In this document: positions 63,381 through 64,000 of the stretch, piece by piece
How positions within the stretch are numbered: position 1 is the first letter of the stretch
Layout: every line of letters begins with the position of its first letter
Assembly (NCBI RefSeq): GCF_016433145.1
Contig: NC_058130.1
Location: 601,652,283 to 601,716,282 of the forward strand
Length of the DNA stretch: 64,000 nt
Origin: Gracilinanus agilis
Taxonomy: Eukaryota
Reading direction: 5' to 3'
Made by a program: the position numbers and the translations under genes
The notes under the pieces: generated by a model
What the model was told of the DNA's origin: nothing
What the model saw: only the letters and a program-made list of their open reading frames with translations
The model's database searches: none

Positions 63381-63590
63381 AAGCATATCAAAAAAAGCGA
63401 AAATTCACATTGTAATTTTCTTTTTTCAAATTTTATTACATTGTTTTAAGATTTTTTGATAAGTTGGGTTTTTCTGTATTAGCCTTAGTATGAGTTTATT
63501 CTTTGTAACAACTGTTTATGGAAAACTTTTGCATTTTGCATTTTTGAATTTTATGATTTATTCTTTTACATTTTGTATTTTGAATTCTCT

Positions 63591-63783
63591 TTTCTCTTTT
63601 TTTTTAACCCTTAACTTCTGTGTATTGGCTCCTAGGTGGAAGAGTGGTAAGGGTGGGCAATGGGGGTCAAGAGACTTGCCCAGGATCACACAGCTGGGAA
63701 GTGTCTTGAGGCCAGATTTGAACCTAGGACCCTCCTGTCTCTAGACCTGACCCTCAATTCATTGAGAGCTACTCTGCTGCCCC
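63591..63783 (-). mobile_element. SINE1_Mdo with TSD
   Basis: 15-bp TSD TATTTTGAATTCTCT at 63576-63590 and 63784-63798. Confidence 0.93.
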
Positions 63784-64000
63784 TATTTTGAATTCTCTAT
63801 TGTTGTTTTTGTTTTTGATCTATGTAACTGTTTAGTGTAATTCCCTTTCCTTTCTTTCCCTAGCTGATGTCCCTAGCATAAGGTAGTGGATAGAAGTAAA
63901 AGATAGGTAAGTGTAGTATGTTTGTTATTTTGGGCAAGTATAATAAAATAGGTTTGCAATAAGAGGGAGAGGGTACATATTTATTGGTGAGCAAATGACA

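Noticed and set aside
1-64000. ORF-track entries as host genes
   Set aside because: Apart from L1 ORF2 pieces, all are about 60-120 aa, low-complexity, repeat-derived or span N gaps; none resembles a protein I recognise and there is no consistent exon chain
1-64000. CRISPR array, rRNA, snRNA or snoRNA genes
   Set aside because: No regularly spaced repeat-spacer array and no recognisable structural RNA sequence; recurring motifs are dispersed SINEs

Overview
Eukaryotic, AT-rich, strongly CpG-depleted non-coding DNA (intron or intergenic). The repeat content points to a didelphid marsupial, most likely Monodelphis domestica: many SINE1_Mdo-type and Mar1-type CORE SINEs, opossum-type L1, plus old MIR, L2 and L3/CR1. 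I find no confident host protein-coding exon, RNA gene or CRISPR array. The only recognisable protein sequence is broken L1 ORF2 at 16.7-18.1 kb. There are three assembly gaps. Best structural observations: three hAT MITEs with matching TIRs and 8-bp TSDs, a 5'-inverted L1 insertion with a large junction deletion, a tail-to-tail SINE fold-back, and three near-identical young SINEs. Several non-repeat CpG-retaining islands look constrained. The best is at about 10.0-10.25 kb and contains a possible frame-preserving 120-nt minus-strand exon; another, at about 28.9 kb, is promoter-like. Repeat family names are recalled from consensus sequences, not searched, and boundaries of old repeats are approximate. 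Nothing here demonstrates a new biological system; the leads are hypotheses to test.
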